From a virus (lineage: Duplodnaviria > Caudoviricetes), in IMG/VR virus record IMGVR_UViG_3300043595_000031, positions 1 to 62,175 of that record: 62,175 bases of DNA. One strand, written 5' to 3'. Both the position numbers and the translations under genes were made by a program. Positions 30,036-38,885 of the stretch are shown here, piece after piece. Each line of letters begins with the position of its first letter. Positions within the stretch are counted from its first letter, which is position 1. Under the pieces are notes generated by a model. The model had not been told where the DNA came from. It ran no database searches and saw only the letters and a list, made by a program, of their open reading frames with translations.

Positions 30036-30961
30036 TTGAGTTCGTTCCTCTCGGTTCCGCTTACGCTCCTGATGAGTTGACCGTACTCGGCGACCGCATG
30101 GTTGTGGAAGCGCCGAACGTACTGGGGGTGCGGCACCGCGGCGTGAGGCACGCCACACTCCGTGAGTCGCTCGGAGGCCTTCACACCGAGTGCGACGGTC
30201 GTGGGTCGTCCGAGGTCGACCCACAGTGCGTCGGAGAGGTCCACGTCGCAGGCGTTCGCCACCGCGACCCCGTCCGGTAGCGGATCCAGTGCGCGGAAGA
30301 GGAACTCCCCCGACGTCGCCGGATAAGGCATGAACGCGGGGCCCGCTACGTCGTGTGGCGTCTTGTGCTTACACGTCTGCCCGTCGCACGCGCGAACGTC
30401 GCCCATGAGGAGCACGTTGGGCCTGGGGGATCCGATCCACGTCGTGTACGTCTTTCGGAGATACTCGACGGATGCCTCACGGAGTGAGGCAGTGCTCATC
30501 ACCATGTTCGGCGGCTGAATCGTCTTTGTGCGTAGGAAGCATTGGATTCCGCGGAATCCGTGAGCGGCCTCGAGAAGCTGTCCCGCATTGACGAAGTCGT
30601 CGCCTCGTTCGATGAAGCGACACATGAGGATCTCATCGGTTTGATCGAGCACAAGCGTGGTGGCGCCGCGCGACTGCAGGAAGAGCTCAATGTAGTCGAG
30701 GACTCCCGGCGTCATGCGCGTCGACCGTCCCATGACGGTCGGGTACACGGCCTCGCCCACGTGCCAGCGATCGCAGAGCACGACGTCGTGCGGACCGAAG
30801 CAGAGAAGCGGTACGACGTACGCGTCGAGCGGATGGATCTTGCCGGGTGGTCCTGCTTGAAACCAGTGGTACGGCTGGCGGGAGCTCACGAAGTTCGCGG
30901 AGATATTCTCGGCGAGTGTCGACTTGCCGACGCAGTCGGGTCCCTCTAAGATGATAAGCAC
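29975..30961 (-). CDS. dNMP kinase fused to a uracil-DNA-glycosylase-superfamily domain
   Basis: EGPDCVGKST and CDRWH kinase motifs; C-terminal LLMGD..AF..SGEFL..VALG..HP. Confidence 0.75.
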   Translation of the reverse strand: MLIILEGPDCVGKSTLAENISANFVSSRQPYHWFQAGPPGKIHPLDAYVVPLLCFGPHDVVLCDRWHVGEAVYPTVMGRSTRMTPGVLDYIELFLQSRGATTLVLDQTDEILMCRFIERGDDFVNAGQLLEAAHGFRGIQCFLRTKTIQPPNMVMSTASLREASVEYLRKTYTTWIGSPRPNVLLMGDVRACDGQTCKHKTPHDVAGPAFMPYPATSGEFLFRALDPLPDGVAVANACDVDLSDALWVDLGRPTTVALGVKASERLTECGVPHAAVPHPQYVRRFHNHAVAEYGQLIRSVSGTERNELKWRPSKPSTARTSTATLSTA

Positions 30962-31028
30962 AGTCTCACGATCTCCCAGGTAACGTACGCAACGAAGACA
31001 CCGAGCAGCGCGAGGTACAAGATGAAGA

Positions 31029-31664
31029 TTAGACCGAGTGTAGCAGACGCGGGCTTTCGGACAGGTTGCGTGCGACGTGATCGACGGGCATGACGTGGGT
31101 AGTTACGTTGAACGTCATGCCCGTACAGATAACGAGTGCCTTCTCGGACATGCGAGACAACGTAGGTACGAGATCCCAGGCGTTTCCGGACGTCGCTAAT
31201 GTGGGCCAGTTCTGTGTGTCGTACTCTGCCCAGCGGTTCCGCCACTCGGTGCGCTGTGACACCTCTTCGTAGCGGCGCCTGCCGTGGTATGTTCGCTTTC
31301 GTTCGTTCGTCCATGACTCTTCCCACCACTCGGTGAACTCGTTCGACAGTGTGGGTGACATCGCCCAGCGGGCGACGTCGTCGACGTACTTACGCACAAC
31401 GCTAGTGATCATCGTAAGCGCGGACACAGTGAGGAAGACGAGTGCGTTCATCTCCCAGTCGATGTCTGCGCGAATGCGGTGTGACGCGCGGCGCGAGCGA
31501 ACGCGACCGTGTTCAGCGAGTGTGATGAGGCGTGCCGGTAGCCGGTATGACAGCAGCGGCGGCCACGAGCGCGATCGCAGTAGCGTGTCCTGCTCGGCCA
31601 GAACGTTCGCGGCGACGCAGATCGCGATGAACACGACACCGATCGTAAAACCCATAAAGATCAT
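31029..31664 (-). CDS. Hypothetical membrane protein
   Basis: Two hydrophobic segments; ATGA-coupled. Confidence 0.55.
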   Translation of the reverse strand: MIFMGFTIGVVFIAICVAANVLAEQDTLLRSRSWPPLLSYRLPARLITLAEHGRVRSRRASHRIRADIDWEMNALVFLTVSALTMITSVVRKYVDDVARWAMSPTLSNEFTEWWEESWTNERKRTYHGRRRYEEVSQRTEWRNRWAEYDTQNWPTLATSGNAWDLVPTLSRMSEKALVICTGMTFNVTTHVMPVDHVARNLSESPRLLHSV

Positions 31665-32086
31665 GACGACTCCACGGTGTGTGACTTCTTGGCCGCCAGG
31701 ATAGTGGGTGCCTCACGGTACGCCTCGAGGCAGTCATCGTCCCACTGGGCGGCCTGCGCGAGTGCGCGAGTCGACTGCTGAGGAAGGTAGATCTTGTCGT
31801 GGTGGTTGACGATGAGAGCGTCGACGATCTCGAAGGCAGATCGCGTTCGCAGGATGCGAGTGTACGTGGTCTCATCCACAACGCTGGTCATACCGCGCGT
31901 GTGGACGAAGTACTCGCCGTCGTCCTGGCGGTAGATGTCCACCTCGAACCAGCGTAGCTTGCCCGCGCGGTGAGACGAACCGTGTCCGAGGCGCCGCGCA
32001 ACGATTACCAGCGTCTCATCACGGCCGTATAACACGTATGTGGAAAGCGCGGGACCGGTGGTCGCCGCGTTGACTGTTCCTGACAT
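31661..32086 (-). CDS. Hypothetical protein
   Basis: ATG at 32086 with AAGGAG/AGGAG RBS and upstream TATAGT. Confidence 0.65.
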   Translation of the reverse strand: MSGTVNAATTGPALSTYVLYGRDETLVIVARRLGHGSSHRAGKLRWFEVDIYRQDDGEYFVHTRGMTSVVDETTYTRILRTRSAFEIVDALIVNHHDKIYLPQQSTRALAQAAQWDDDCLEAYREAPTILAAKKSHTVESS

Positions 32087-32127
32087 CTCCTGACTCCTTC
32101 GTTCGGTTCGCTCAGTTCTACTATACG

Positions 32128-32163
32128 GACGGACCACTCCGCTGTGTTGCGGAGTGGTCCGTC
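32128..32163. terminator. Strong hairpin closing the RNA-gene cluster
   Basis: GACGGACCACTCCGC/GCGGAGTGGTCCGTC 15-bp stem. Confidence 0.7.
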
Positions 32164-32224
32164 TGCCGCGTATCTTCCCGGTGTCGTCTCTTGCCCGAAG
32201 GCTCACCGTCCCAGTTCACGCGTC

Positions 32225-32298
32225 GCCCGGCAGGACCGTCTTGAACGGCCGTCCTCCCGCAGTCAAGCGGGCGCTCTGTCCCCTGAGCTACTGTCGGA
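32225..32298 (-). tRNA. tRNA-like RNA with 6-nt anticodon loop (TTGACT; pseudo-Val?)
   Basis: Acceptor CCGACAG/CTGCCGG (1 mismatch), D arm GCTC/GAGC, anticodon stem CCCGC/GCGGG, T arm GGCCG-TTCAAGA-CGGTC. Confidence 0.65.
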
Positions 32299-32396
32299 GT
32301 CCGCGGGTAGCCAACCAATGACCACGTGCCTTTCGAGCCGCGCATCTCGCAGACCAGTCTCGTTTCCCCCGGTGGCTAACCGGATCTCGAGACTCG

Positions 32397-32472
32397 AAGC
32401 GGGAGCCGGATTCGAACCGGCGACCTTCGGCTTATAAGGCCGACGAGCACAACCGAGCTGCTCCATCCCGCC
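32397..32472 (-). tRNA. tRNA with TAT (UAU) anticodon, nominally Ile, on an initiator-Met-like body; no encoded CCA
   Basis: GGCGGGA/TCCCGCT acceptor, GAGC/GCTC D stem, TCGGC-CTTATAA-GCCGA, GCCGG-TTCGAAT-CCGGC. Confidence 0.85.
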
Positions 32473-32476
32473 GAGC

Positions 32477-32641
32477 GGCCGAGATCGCAACAACCTGGGG
32501 CGGTAGGAGCGATCCCGGCCTGGCCTCGCGTAACCACGAACGGGGGTTGTCGTAGGTGGTGCGACCCGAACGCGAGGCAAGTAAGCAGTGGGCGGTCGAC
32601 CCCGACCCGTGTCTTCCCCTTCCGAGGTCGACCTCCCACTG
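32477..32641 (-). ncRNA. Three consecutive stem-closed RNA modules upstream of the tRNA
   Basis: Stems at 32477-32520, 32523-32578 and 32586-32641; two contain G-U pairs on the minus strand that are A-C mismatches on the plus strand. Confidence 0.5.
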
Positions 32642-32746
32642 GCTCAACCGTATCAGGATGCCATCTCGCGGTGTCGCAGATGATGATCTCCGAGCTGGTA
32701 GTGTTGAAGTAGCAACCATAAGTTCACGAAAGACCGAGGAGGACCC

Positions 32747-33721
32747 GTGTCACGGTCGTGGAAGTACTTCGTACTTAAGCCCGACAAGACGCCCTTTCCC
32801 AACTGCGCGGAGTGTGCCGTCGCCGACGCGACACACAGTCGCGAGGACTGCACCTGCCTCACGTGCCACGGCTTCTACGCCGCGACGGACAATCCTACGA
32901 TCATGCGAGCAATGGTCGACAGGTACCCGGACTCCCGCTGGGCGGTGCGCACGGGACTCGCGTCGGGCATCATCGTCATGGACGCAGAGGGTGGGCTGCA
33001 GTCGCAGGGAGTCACGGGGATCCAGGTTCTGGACGACTTTGAGAACTGGACGGGTGGCCTGGCACTACCGACGACCGGGCTGATCGCGTCAACACCCAGC
33101 GGGGGTGTCCACCGCTATTACCGCTACGTTCCGGGCGTGAAGAGCAAGAACCGGATCCTGCCGGGCGTCGACATTAAGTCGGACGGCGGGTACGTTCTCG
33201 TTCCGATGCAGAGTGAGACCGTTCGCGCCGGTGAGCACAACGTCACGCTCGACCGCGACCGTGAGTGGTTCCTGGACGGTGAGGTCGGGGACCTGTCCGA
33301 GGCCGTAGTAGACTGGTTGACCCAGCGGCGGGGGATGCCTGGCGGAGGCTCGGTGGGCAGCGCCGGTGGCGGCGACCACACAGACGGCTACGACTTTGAG
33401 AAGTTCGCGCACAACGGCTGCCCGGGCGGTGTCCGCGATGAGTTCTTCAATGAGCTCATCTTTCGCTACCGGAAGGCGGGACTGGAGCGCGGTGAGGTCA
33501 CGGTGAAGGTGCGGGACCACTGGAAGCGCGCCGCCCAGCCGCCGAACGCGGAGTACTACATGCCGTTTCACCACGTCGAGTACAAGATCGAGCGGATCTG
33601 GCGAACGGTGGAACCCGACCGCGTTCCGGAGGGTCTTCGCGAGTGGGCGGAGCGCATGACCGCCGGCGGTGAGAAGATCACGGGACGTCGCGTCACACTG
33701 GTCGCTCGGGGTGAGGAGTGA
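32747..33721 (+). CDS. Bifunctional DNA primase/polymerase (Prim-Pol)
   Basis: HGFYAAT, AVRTG, VMDAE, TPSGGVHRYY, GVDIKSDGGYV. Confidence 0.9.
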   Translation: MSRSWKYFVLKPDKTPFPNCAECAVADATHSREDCTCLTCHGFYAATDNPTIMRAMVDRYPDSRWAVRTGLASGIIVMDAEGGLQSQGVTGIQVLDDFENWTGGLALPTTGLIASTPSGGVHRYYRYVPGVKSKNRILPGVDIKSDGGYVLVPMQSETVRAGEHNVTLDRDREWFLDGEVGDLSEAVVDWLTQRRGMPGGGSVGSAGGGDHTDGYDFEKFAHNGCPGGVRDEFFNELIFRYRKAGLERGEVTVKVRDHWKRAAQPPNAEYYMPFHHVEYKIERIWRTVEPDRVPEGLREWAERMTAGGEKITGRRVTLVARGEE

Positions 33722-35205
33722 CCGCCCCGGACATCCCACCGCCGCCGAGCGTAGACGACATCATCGGACTGAACCGGCTGGACGACGTTAACGCGACGGA
33801 CACGGGCAACGCGAAGCGATTCGTCAACCGCTTCCGCGACGTCGTCCGGTACTCGCCGGAAAACGAGCTGTGGTACGTGTGGAACGGTACACACTGGGAA
33901 CCGGACGTCTTGGGCAAGGCATTCGCCCTCACGGCCGCTGTGCTTCGCGACATCCGCGACGAGGCGCTGGCCGCCGCGGACGAGCCGGGTGAGGGTGGGT
34001 TAAGCCCACGGCAGCGCTTACTGGCGCACGCGACGAGAACGGAGTCTGAGGGAGCACGTCGTCGCATGCTCAGCGTCGCGCCTGAGGACCCGCGGATCGT
34101 GGTTCGCGCGGACGACCTGGACCCAAACGACGACGTCATCACATGCCCCAACGGTGCTGTGAACCTGCTCACGGGCGAGCTGCGCCCGAACCGGCCCGCG
34201 GACATGTCCACGGCCTGCACGCTCGCGTCGTACGCGGAGGGAGCTAAGAGCGGAGAGCTCAACCGCTACCTCGACACGTTCGTACCGGACCCTGTGGACC
34301 AGGACGTACTGTTCGCCCTGCTGGGTACGGCGCTCCGGGGTGGCAACCACTGCCGGATGCTTCCCATCCTGCTGGGTGGAACGACGTCCGGTAAGTCGCA
34401 GCTCATGGCCGCGATCGCTCGCTTACTCCGGGGCTACGCCACCGCCGTGAACGTCTCTGTGTTCCGCGGCAACCTGGACGATAAGCCGCGACCGGACCTC
34501 GTCAAGGCGATGTTCACACGGATCGCGTACGCCACGGAAGCGAGCAAGGTCTGGGAGCTTCACGCGGACCAGGTGAAGCGCCTCACTGGGGGTGACTCCA
34601 TACCATACCGCGATCTCTACGGAAAGGGTGTGGAGGCAACGCCGCGGTTCACGCCGGTCATCGTCACCAACGCGATGCCGCGCGTGAAGGGCGCGGACGA
34701 AGCGTTTAAGCGCCGGATGATCGTCTTTACGTTTGAACACAGCTTACCCAGCCGTGACGAGGATCCGAACATTAAGGACCGATTCATTAAAGACGAGAGA
34801 TGCCTCGCAGCGATCCTCGCTCGACTCGTCGCTGGAGCGCGGTCGCCGCTGTTTGCGCACGGTATCAAGTGGGATCTGATACCGACGAAGTTCGTACACG
34901 GCACGATGGACTCGTTCGAGGAGCTGGATAACATCGCGGAGTTCTTACGGTGGATGGTGGAACTGGGTCACCTGTCACCCGCGAACCCCGTGGAGACACC
35001 CGCTGTGCAGTGCGCGAAGGCCAGTGATCTACACGCGTGGTACACCCACTGGGTCAAGAAGCACGGCGACAAGACGGACCGCGACTCGCAGCTGAGTCTG
35101 CGAGACTTCTGCGGTCAACTGCGCACGCGCGGTTGGGAGTCGGCGAAGGCCGCGGGAGTGCGCTGGCTGGGATGGCGACTCGTCGACGCGGCACCGTGGC
35201 TGTAA
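33718..35205 (+). CDS. D5/P4-family SF3 helicase
   Basis: TDTGNAKRF, WYVWNG, NGAVNLLTG, GGTTSGKS, KRLTGGD. Confidence 0.9.
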   Translation: MTAPDIPPPPSVDDIIGLNRLDDVNATDTGNAKRFVNRFRDVVRYSPENELWYVWNGTHWEPDVLGKAFALTAAVLRDIRDEALAAADEPGEGGLSPRQRLLAHATRTESEGARRRMLSVAPEDPRIVVRADDLDPNDDVITCPNGAVNLLTGELRPNRPADMSTACTLASYAEGAKSGELNRYLDTFVPDPVDQDVLFALLGTALRGGNHCRMLPILLGGTTSGKSQLMAAIARLLRGYATAVNVSVFRGNLDDKPRPDLVKAMFTRIAYATEASKVWELHADQVKRLTGGDSIPYRDLYGKGVEATPRFTPVIVTNAMPRVKGADEAFKRRMIVFTFEHSLPSRDEDPNIKDRFIKDERCLAAILARLVAGARSPLFAHGIKWDLIPTKFVHGTMDSFEELDNIAEFLRWMVELGHLSPANPVETPAVQCAKASDLHAWYTHWVKKHGDKTDRDSQLSLRDFCGQLRTRGWESAKAAGVRWLGWRLVDAAPWL

Positions 35206-35507
35206 CGAGATGTTACAGACGTGGGTACAGCCGGGCGGACCGTCGTTACAGAATCGAGAGAATTTGGCGATGCGATCACATAAGAAAGGATGAGAGATGG
35301 GATCTGTAACATCGACTGAAGCTAGGCTGTAAGGTGATGTTACACCCAGTTGATCTTCGTTGTACCAGGTTAGAGCTAGTTTATTTATTCTTCTGTAACC
35401 TTGTAACAGATGAGTGGGTAAACTACATGGAGGGCCTTGGATGGATTGTGGATCTAGCTCCGGAGACCTACGGTAGTTTTTGGGCAACCAGACGTTACAG
35501 GTTACAG
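35200..35507. repeat. Putative replication origin: TGTAAC/GTTACA repeat cluster in a low-GC intergenic region
   Basis: Nine exact hexamers at 35201, 35212, 35245, 35305, 35339, 35394, 35402, 35494, 35501; TTTATTTATTCTT tract; directly after the helicase. Confidence 0.6.
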
Positions 35508-35515
35508 AGGGCACA

Positions 35516-36244
35516 ATGAGACGGAGATCGAGCCCACCAACGGATGAAGACCGGGAGCGAGGTAAGCGGAGGGCTGAGTACGAGCTCACGCAGCACGCGA
35601 CGTGGGGGTACCCGGCGGTTACGTGGGATGAGGAGCTCGGAATTCCCACTCCGGTGCGAAACGGACCCGATGCGCTGGGATGTGCGGGTACGAACCGAGA
35701 CGGGACACCGTGCGGAAGAAACGCGGGCGCGGCAACCGTGCACCCGGGTGTAGGTAACTGTGGTCGACACAGCAACGGCATCATGCGAGTGGTAGGAGCG
35801 TGGACGATGGCACATCTCATAGCGAGGCAGCTGGACGTGAGTCCGTGGGAGGCACTGCTGCTCACGGTGAAGAGGGCGGCGGCGTGGTCGCAGTTCTACG
35901 AGACGAAGTTGGCGGAGTGCACGGACGATGAGGAGCTCAGGCCGGGAGGCGTGTTTCACGACTGGGTCGTAGCGTACGAGCGAGTCACGGATAAGCTCGC
36001 ACGGTACTCGAAGATGGCCGTGGACGCGGGAGTCGCCGCCATCATGGTCCAGCAGGCACGGAGTGAGGGCGAGACGATCGCACGCGTCCTGAACCAGGCG
36101 ATCGGGGCCGCGGGACTGGACGAGGACACAGAGCAGCGACTGCGCACGGCACTGCGAGCCGCGCTGCTCGAGGTGAACGCGGAGTCGCAGGAGGTGACGT
36201 CACTCACCGCTGGGACGATTGAGTCTGATGGTGAGATCGCCTGA
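35516..36244 (+). CDS. Putative terminase small subunit
   Basis: CAGTNRDGTPC...GNCGRH Zn knuckle (HGGxSTG-like) followed by a helical domain. Confidence 0.55.
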   Translation: MRRRSSPPTDEDRERGKRRAEYELTQHATWGYPAVTWDEELGIPTPVRNGPDALGCAGTNRDGTPCGRNAGAATVHPGVGNCGRHSNGIMRVVGAWTMAHLIARQLDVSPWEALLLTVKRAAAWSQFYETKLAECTDDEELRPGGVFHDWVVAYERVTDKLARYSKMAVDAGVAAIMVQQARSEGETIARVLNQAIGAAGLDEDTEQRLRTALRAALLEVNAESQEVTSLTAGTIESDGEIA

Positions 36245-36256
36245 TAGGATCATCTC

Positions 36257-36361
36257 ATGGAACACTACGGTATTCTTGTGTGTTCAGTGCTCGCCGGCGT
36301 GGTGATATGGCAGCTGATCAAGTACGTGTGGAAGCGAAGGAGAGAAGGCAGTGGCAACTAA
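36257..36361 (+). CDS. Small single-TM protein (34 aa), leaderless
   Basis: TAGGAT 6 nt before ATG; TM helix then KRRR. Confidence 0.5.
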   Translation: MEHYGILVCSVLAGVVIWQLIKYVWKRRREGSGN

Positions 36362-36848
36362 GATCGCACCCCTCATCGTGAAGTTCTTGCGCGACGCCGA
36401 GGGTAAGACGGTGTACAACGACGTCATCGCGAGCAAGCTCAAGCTCACGCGCGGTCAGGTGCGCAACTCCGTGCGGCAGATGATCCGCGATCACCCGGAG
36501 TTCGGAGTGATGGAGACGTCGCCGTACTACTACGTGTGGCGAGACGGCGAGACCGTTCCCACCGCGGGGTTGGCTCCCACGTCGGGAGTGCCACACATTC
36601 CCACGTACGAGGAGCTGGGTGGGGAACCGGCTGCGGGACTGGACCGCATTTTCGCGCAGGACCGCGTCGCGAACCCGGGTAAGTACCCGCCCGTGACTGA
36701 GCCCACACTGGCGATGCGGGTTCACGCTGCATCTGTGGGGGCCGTCACGGGTACGTCGGCCTGCGAGTTCACCGTTGTCACGCGGCGTGGGGACGTCGTC
36801 ATCCTGTCCGACGAGTACTCCGCACTGTGGGCGGCCAAGAAGCTGTGA
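36351..36848 (+). CDS. HTH-domain protein
   Basis: DVIASKLKLTRGQVRNSV. Confidence 0.6.
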   Translation: MATKIAPLIVKFLRDAEGKTVYNDVIASKLKLTRGQVRNSVRQMIRDHPEFGVMETSPYYYVWRDGETVPTAGLAPTSGVPHIPTYEELGGEPAAGLDRIFAQDRVANPGKYPPVTEPTLAMRVHAASVGAVTGTSACEFTVVTRRGDVVILSDEYSALWAAKKL

Positions 36849-36900
36849 TGTGACGTCCTGCTAGGATCGTCGTAGGCAAGCAACGAACGAGGAGAAGAAA

Positions 36901-37632
36901 ATGACCGAACCGCAGAAGAGTCACATCGACGTGGTGCTCGAGGTCGTGCGCGGCGGCGTGAGCCCGCTGGGTGATAAGACGTGGACCACGGAGAGCATTG
37001 CGAAGCAGACGAGCCTCTCATCGAAGCAGGTCGCGAACGCCATCTCAAAGCTCCGGCAGTTCGCACGGGCGCAGAACCACGAACCGGAGCTGCGTCGCAC
37101 GGAGAAGGGCGTGTACGTCTACGCGGGTCCACTCAAGCGCGGACGTAAGAAGGCCAACGGCGTTCACGCGGCCGAGGTTCCCGCCGAGGACTTCAGCGAT
37201 ATGAATCTGCTGGACATGGACGCGCAACTCGCTAGTGAGGACACGGTGGTCATCGTCGACGTCGCCGCGAACGAGGGCGTGAAGCCGCAGCCCACACTCG
37301 TCGAGGGGTTCGCGCAGATCGGGGAGAAGTTCCACGCCGCGTTCGGCGACATTCGCGTCGCACTCGGGGTGACGGGGGTGGATGACGCGATGCGATCGGC
37401 CGTCGAGGCAGAGAAGGCCGCGGTCCGGGAGAAGGCCGTCACCGTCAAGCCCAACAAGGTCAGCCGGGTTCGGCGTCTCATGCGGGAGCTGGAGCTGGAG
37501 ATGCGCTACCTGGAGAACGAGTGGGACGCGCTCGCGGAGAAGGGCCGCCGCTACGACAAGATGACGATGACGATGTTCGGCTTCTCGTCGAACGACCCGG
37601 CGGCCGTGGACAAGATTGCGACGGGCGAGTAG
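36901..37632 (+). CDS. HTH-domain protein with C-terminal coiled coil
   Basis: TTESIAKQTSLSSKQVANAISKL; strong RBS. Confidence 0.65.
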   Translation: MTEPQKSHIDVVLEVVRGGVSPLGDKTWTTESIAKQTSLSSKQVANAISKLRQFARAQNHEPELRRTEKGVYVYAGPLKRGRKKANGVHAAEVPAEDFSDMNLLDMDAQLASEDTVVIVDVAANEGVKPQPTLVEGFAQIGEKFHAAFGDIRVALGVTGVDDAMRSAVEAEKAAVREKAVTVKPNKVSRVRRLMRELELEMRYLENEWDALAEKGRRYDKMTMTMFGFSSNDPAAVDKIATGE

Positions 37633-37676
37633 CACTGGGTCACACTCACTGCCCGGTTTCCTGGTAAGATAGTTAC

Positions 37677-38201
37677 ATGAATGAATCTAAGAGGTACGCG
37701 GTGCTGGGTCTCATGTCCGTCTCGGCTCTCACGCTGGGCGCATGCGGACCCAGCGGTGCGTCCGACCCAGTGAACTGGCACTACGCCATCGAGATCGGGT
37801 TCACGAACAACGTGGGCGACCACGTCGCCGCCTCGAGCCTGATCGTCCAGGGTAATGGGAGCCACAAGGGTGCACCCGGCATCTACGCGAACGGCAACAC
37901 CGTTATGCCGTTCGTCGACCGCGGACCCTGTGCGGCCGGCTCTCCCTGCTGGGTCGGAGTCGTCGTCGTACCCCGGGACGGGCAGCACGAGTTCAGCATT
38001 ACGGCGTCGGTCAAGACCACACCCGCCGAGTGGCGCATCCTCGCCTTCGACGGCGACCACGACGTCTCGCACAACCTGTACTGCCAGCTTACCCGCGACG
38101 GCAGGGTCGTGAGTCTGATCGACAACACGGGCGTGGGATACTCCGTGACTCCCGTGCAGACGTCCGGTGAACACAGCGTTACGTGCAGCGCACACAACTG
38201 A
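37677..38201 (+). CDS. Lipoprotein
   Basis: Signal peptide with LGAC lipobox. Confidence 0.7.
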   Translation: MNESKRYAVLGLMSVSALTLGACGPSGASDPVNWHYAIEIGFTNNVGDHVAASSLIVQGNGSHKGAPGIYANGNTVMPFVDRGPCAAGSPCWVGVVVVPRDGQHEFSITASVKTTPAEWRILAFDGDHDVSHNLYCQLTRDGRVVSLIDNTGVGYSVTPVQTSGEHSVTCSAHN

Positions 38202-38214
38202 AGGAGAGAACACA

Positions 38215-38793
38215 GTGAACGTGAAACTCGCGGCGGGCACCGTCGCACTCGTCGGACTCATCACACTCGCGTGTGAGGGTGGCAAGACTCCCGGAGGCGA
38301 GCAGGCGCACGACGCGGCCGGAGCCTGCCAGACTCACCCGCTGGACGTGGACCCGGTGAAGTACGCTCCCGGAGGTTGGACCTACGTCTACACCGCGCGC
38401 ATCCTCGACGCGGACTGCAACGTTCTCGAGACGAGTGAAGGTGACGTGATCTACGTCGACCTCATGGGGCATCGGCAGACCGACGCGGACGCCCGGCGCA
38501 ACGTTAACAAGACGACTATAGCGTTCTGGGATGTGCACCGAACGTTCAACTCCCCGTACCAGACCCAGCCGGTCACCATCCCGAGGGTGCTCCACGCCAT
38601 CGTCTCGTTCGCGAATGTGCACATGGACGCGGACGTCATGGACGACATCGGCGCGGAGTTTCTCGAGTGCGTCCTCTACCGCGACGGTCGACCCGTGGCC
38701 AACGACGTTCGCGCCGTAGGTCGCGAGATCAAGCCCATCCGACCCGGCACCGACACCAGCGTGGAGTGCTTCCTCCACGGTGAGTCGGACTGA
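38215..38793 (+). CDS. Lipoprotein
   Basis: GTG after AAGGAG; signal peptide with TLAC lipobox. Confidence 0.65.
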   Translation: MNVKLAAGTVALVGLITLACEGGKTPGGEQAHDAAGACQTHPLDVDPVKYAPGGWTYVYTARILDADCNVLETSEGDVIYVDLMGHRQTDADARRNVNKTTIAFWDVHRTFNSPYQTQPVTIPRVLHAIVSFANVHMDADVMDDIGAEFLECVLYRDGRPVANDVRAVGREIKPIRPGTDTSVECFLHGESD

Positions 38794-38885
38794 GCTGACG
38801 ATGTGCTAACCTGGTAGGATCTAGCTGTGGGCGACTCAAACTCTTGGTCGGGTTTCCGGGTCGCCCACACACCTAAGCGAACACA

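Noticed and set aside
30069-30075. CTGATGA as a third hammerhead core
   Set aside because: Antisense within a coding region, with no supporting stems or GAAA element found
30946-31329. 127-aa minus-strand ORF with a C-terminal TM segment
   Set aside because: Mostly overlaps 31029-31664; a short real gene may exist but its start cannot be supported
32300-32396. HDV-like (theta) ribozyme at the tRNA 3' trailer
   Set aside because: Stems are present, but I could not fit the nested double-pseudoknot order or catalytic junction; kept only as a generic structured module
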